DNA of 64,000 nt. It comes from Rebecca billardiae RCC1528. Its lineage: Eukaryota; Protista; Haptophyta. The notes under the pieces are model-generated. The model saw only the letters and a list, made by a program, of their open reading frames with translations, had not been told where the DNA came from and made no database searches. The first letter of the stretch is position 1. Every line of letters starts with the position of its first letter. The stretch is from NCBI GenBank assembly GCA_965240325.2, contig OZ251249.1, positions 1 through 64,000 of the forward strand, written 5' to 3'. A program made the position numbers and the translations under genes. This document shows positions 61,701 to 64,000 of the stretch, one piece after another.

Positions 61701-62713
61701 TTGGCGCACGTGTCCACACGCTCCGTACTCATCGCGCGCAGCCACTCGCTCTCTGCCACGACGGTGCTCCGTTGGGCGGCGGCGGCGAGCGCGAGACGGA
61801 AGGCGACAAGCGCCAGCTGCGCGCCGTGCGCGCAATCGCCGAGAATCGCGCCCACCGTCGCGCCACCCTCGCCACCGTCCAGCCCCGCCGTCACCCGCCC
61901 GGTCGGCCGATCGGCCGAGTGTGTGACCACCTGGGCCAGCAGCGCGAGTGCCACCACACACAGCAGCGCCAGAGGCCACGCGCACACGAACTCCTCGGTT
62001 GCCGACGTGACAGCGAGCCGAGTGGCGTGCGCGCCAAGCCTTTGCACGCGCATATCGGCCGTCACGCGGAGGCCACCAACATCCGAGGTGGTCGGGGCGG
62101 CGCCAGGGCGCGCCCAGGTCGACACCTTCGCGCCGCGATCGGACTGCAAGTAGAGCACGATGCGTGCGTACGGCGCACGCTCGTCGGCATCTCCTTCGAG
62201 CAGCACGTTCCGGGTGATGGCGAGCGTGCCGGCGTGCAAATCTGGCAGCAGCGCGTACGAGGCACCGCGGTCGACACTCACGGTCGCGCCGCCCGGCGCG
62301 TACAGCGCCCCGATCGCGACCCGCGCCAAGGCGCGCGCAGTCCCTTTCTCTGCCTCAGACTGGAGCTGGCCCAGCCCGCAGGCGGCTTCGTCGGGCGCCT
62401 TCAGCCGGAAGGAGACCGAGGTGCGCGTCTGCTCGCTCCGCCGAGCAAAGGTGGGCGACCCAGGGAGCGCGTCGGGCACGCGCGCCGCGCCGCCCCCCGT
62501 CGGCGCGGCTGCTGGACCCGGCGCGGCAGCGGGCAGCGCCGCGCACGTGGTCGCGCCCGCAGCTGCGCCGGCCGCCGCCCCCGAGGAGGAGGCGACACAG
62601 CCGAGCGGCGGTGCCGTGCTGCCGGACGGCAGGGCAGCCGCAGCGGCTGCGGCGGCGGTGGCGGCCGCGGCGCTGCCCATCGACGGCGGATGGCCGCCGA
62701 AGTGCCCGCCACT

Positions 62714-62763
<50 letters not shown>

Positions 62764-62908
62764 GAGCGGCGGCGGAGGCGGAGGCGACACAGCCGAGCGG
62801 CGGTGCCGTGCTGACGGGCGGCAGGGCAGCCGCGGTGGCGGCTGCGGCGGTGGTGGCGGCCGCGGCGCTGCCCATCGACGGCGGATGGCCGCCGAAGTGC
62901 CCGCCACT

Positions 62909-62962
<54 letters not shown>

Positions 62963-63112
62963 GGGGGCCGCGGCGGAGGCGGAGGCGACACAGCCGAGCG
63001 GCGGTGCCGTGCTGCCGGACGGCAGGGCAGCCGCAGCGGCTGCGGCTGCGGCGGTGGTGGCGGCCGCGGCGCTGCCCATCGACGGCGGATGGCCGCCGAA
63101 GTGCCCGCCACT

Positions 63113-63171
<59 letters not shown>

Positions 63172-63316
63172 GAGCGGCGGCGGAGGCGGAGGCGACACAG
63201 CCGAGCGGCGGTGCCGTGCTGACGGGCGGCAGGGCAGCCGCGGTGGCGGCTGCGGCGGTGGTGGCGGCCGCGGCGCTGCCCATCGACGGCGGATGGCCGC
63301 CGAAGTGCCCGCCACT

Positions 63317-63370
<54 letters not shown>

Positions 63371-63520
63371 GGGAGCCGCGGCGGAGGCGGAGGCGACACA
63401 GCCGAGCGGCGGTGCCGTGCTGCCGGACGGCAGGGCAGCCGCAGCGGCTGCGGCTGCGGCGGTGGTGGCGGCCGCGGCGCTGCCCATCGACGGCGGATGG
63501 CCGCCGAAGTGCCCGCCACT

Positions 63521-63570
<50 letters not shown>

Positions 63571-63718
63571 GAGCGGCGGCGGAGGCGGAGGCGACACAGC
63601 CGAGCGGCGGTGCCGTGCTGACGGGCGGCAGGGCAGCCGCGGTGGCGGCTGCGGCGGCGGTGGTGGCGGCCGCGGCGCTGCCCATCGACGGCGGATGGCC
63701 GCCGAAGTGCCCGCCACT

Positions 63719-63766
<48 letters not shown>

Positions 63767-63916
63767 GGGAGCGGCGGCGGAGGCGGAGGCGACACAGCCG
63801 AGCGGCGGTGCCGTGCTGACGGGCGGCAGGGCAGCCGCGGTGGCGGCTGCGGCGTCGGTGGTGGCGGCCGCGGCGCTGCCCATCGACGGCGGATGGCCGC
63901 CGAAGTGCCCGCCACT

Positions 63917-63973
<57 letters not shown>

Positions 63974-64000
63974 GGGAGCCGCGGCGGAGGCGGAGGCGAC
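58757..64000 (-). CDS. Large protein, 5' end beyond the window, with Ala-rich tandem repeats, a T5orf172/GIY-YIG-like motif and a Gln/Pro linker; probable in-frame intron at 61133-61228
   Basis: Open frame of more than 1700 aa with globular-looking composition. Motif LKIGQT...R...AE.LL....GKETW once the 96-bp GAG|GTGTG...GCAG|AAC intron is removed. Basic C-terminus. Confidence 0.7.
62590..64000 (-). repeat. Coding tandem repeat, 195-204-bp unit, at least 7 copies, each with a variable (GCC)n tract
   Basis: The 'cat' anchor of cccatcgacggcggatgg lies at 62678, 62873, 63077, 63281, 63485, 63683 and 63881; all spacings are multiples of 3. Confidence 0.92.

Overview
This is the left end of a very GC-rich eukaryotic chromosome. 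TTAGGG telomeres, short GT-AG introns and the extreme GC content would fit a haptophyte or other alga, but that assignment is inference. From left to right: (1) about 1.6 kb of (CCCTAA)n telomere; (2) a 709-bp subtelomeric tandem array in which one unit took up two different non-autonomous TIR elements and was then duplicated as a 5.27-kb macro-unit. One element has CACAGTG termini and a 2-bp TSD; the other has 38-bp perfect TIRs and no TSD against the empty units in the same array; (3) degenerate satellite relics and a foldback element with ~845-bp arms and a 7-8-bp TSD; (4) a giant minus-strand 5-exon gene (~5,870 aa predicted) for a polycystin-1/REJ-GPS-like receptor whose RCC1-repeat head sits on a ~2,750-residue Ser/Pro stalk; (5) a pogo/Tc5-like relic and a divergently oriented F-box+RCC1 gene; (6) a ~9.5-kb 195-bp satellite bracketed by inverted copies of one gene 3' end and followed by a Helitron-like terminus; (7) a large minus-strand ORF running off the window, with poly-Ala tandem repeats and a T5orf172/GIY-YIG-like motif. 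Most ORFs in the supplied track are shadow ORFs caused by GC richness and repeats. All domain calls are motif recognition by eye; no searches were run.
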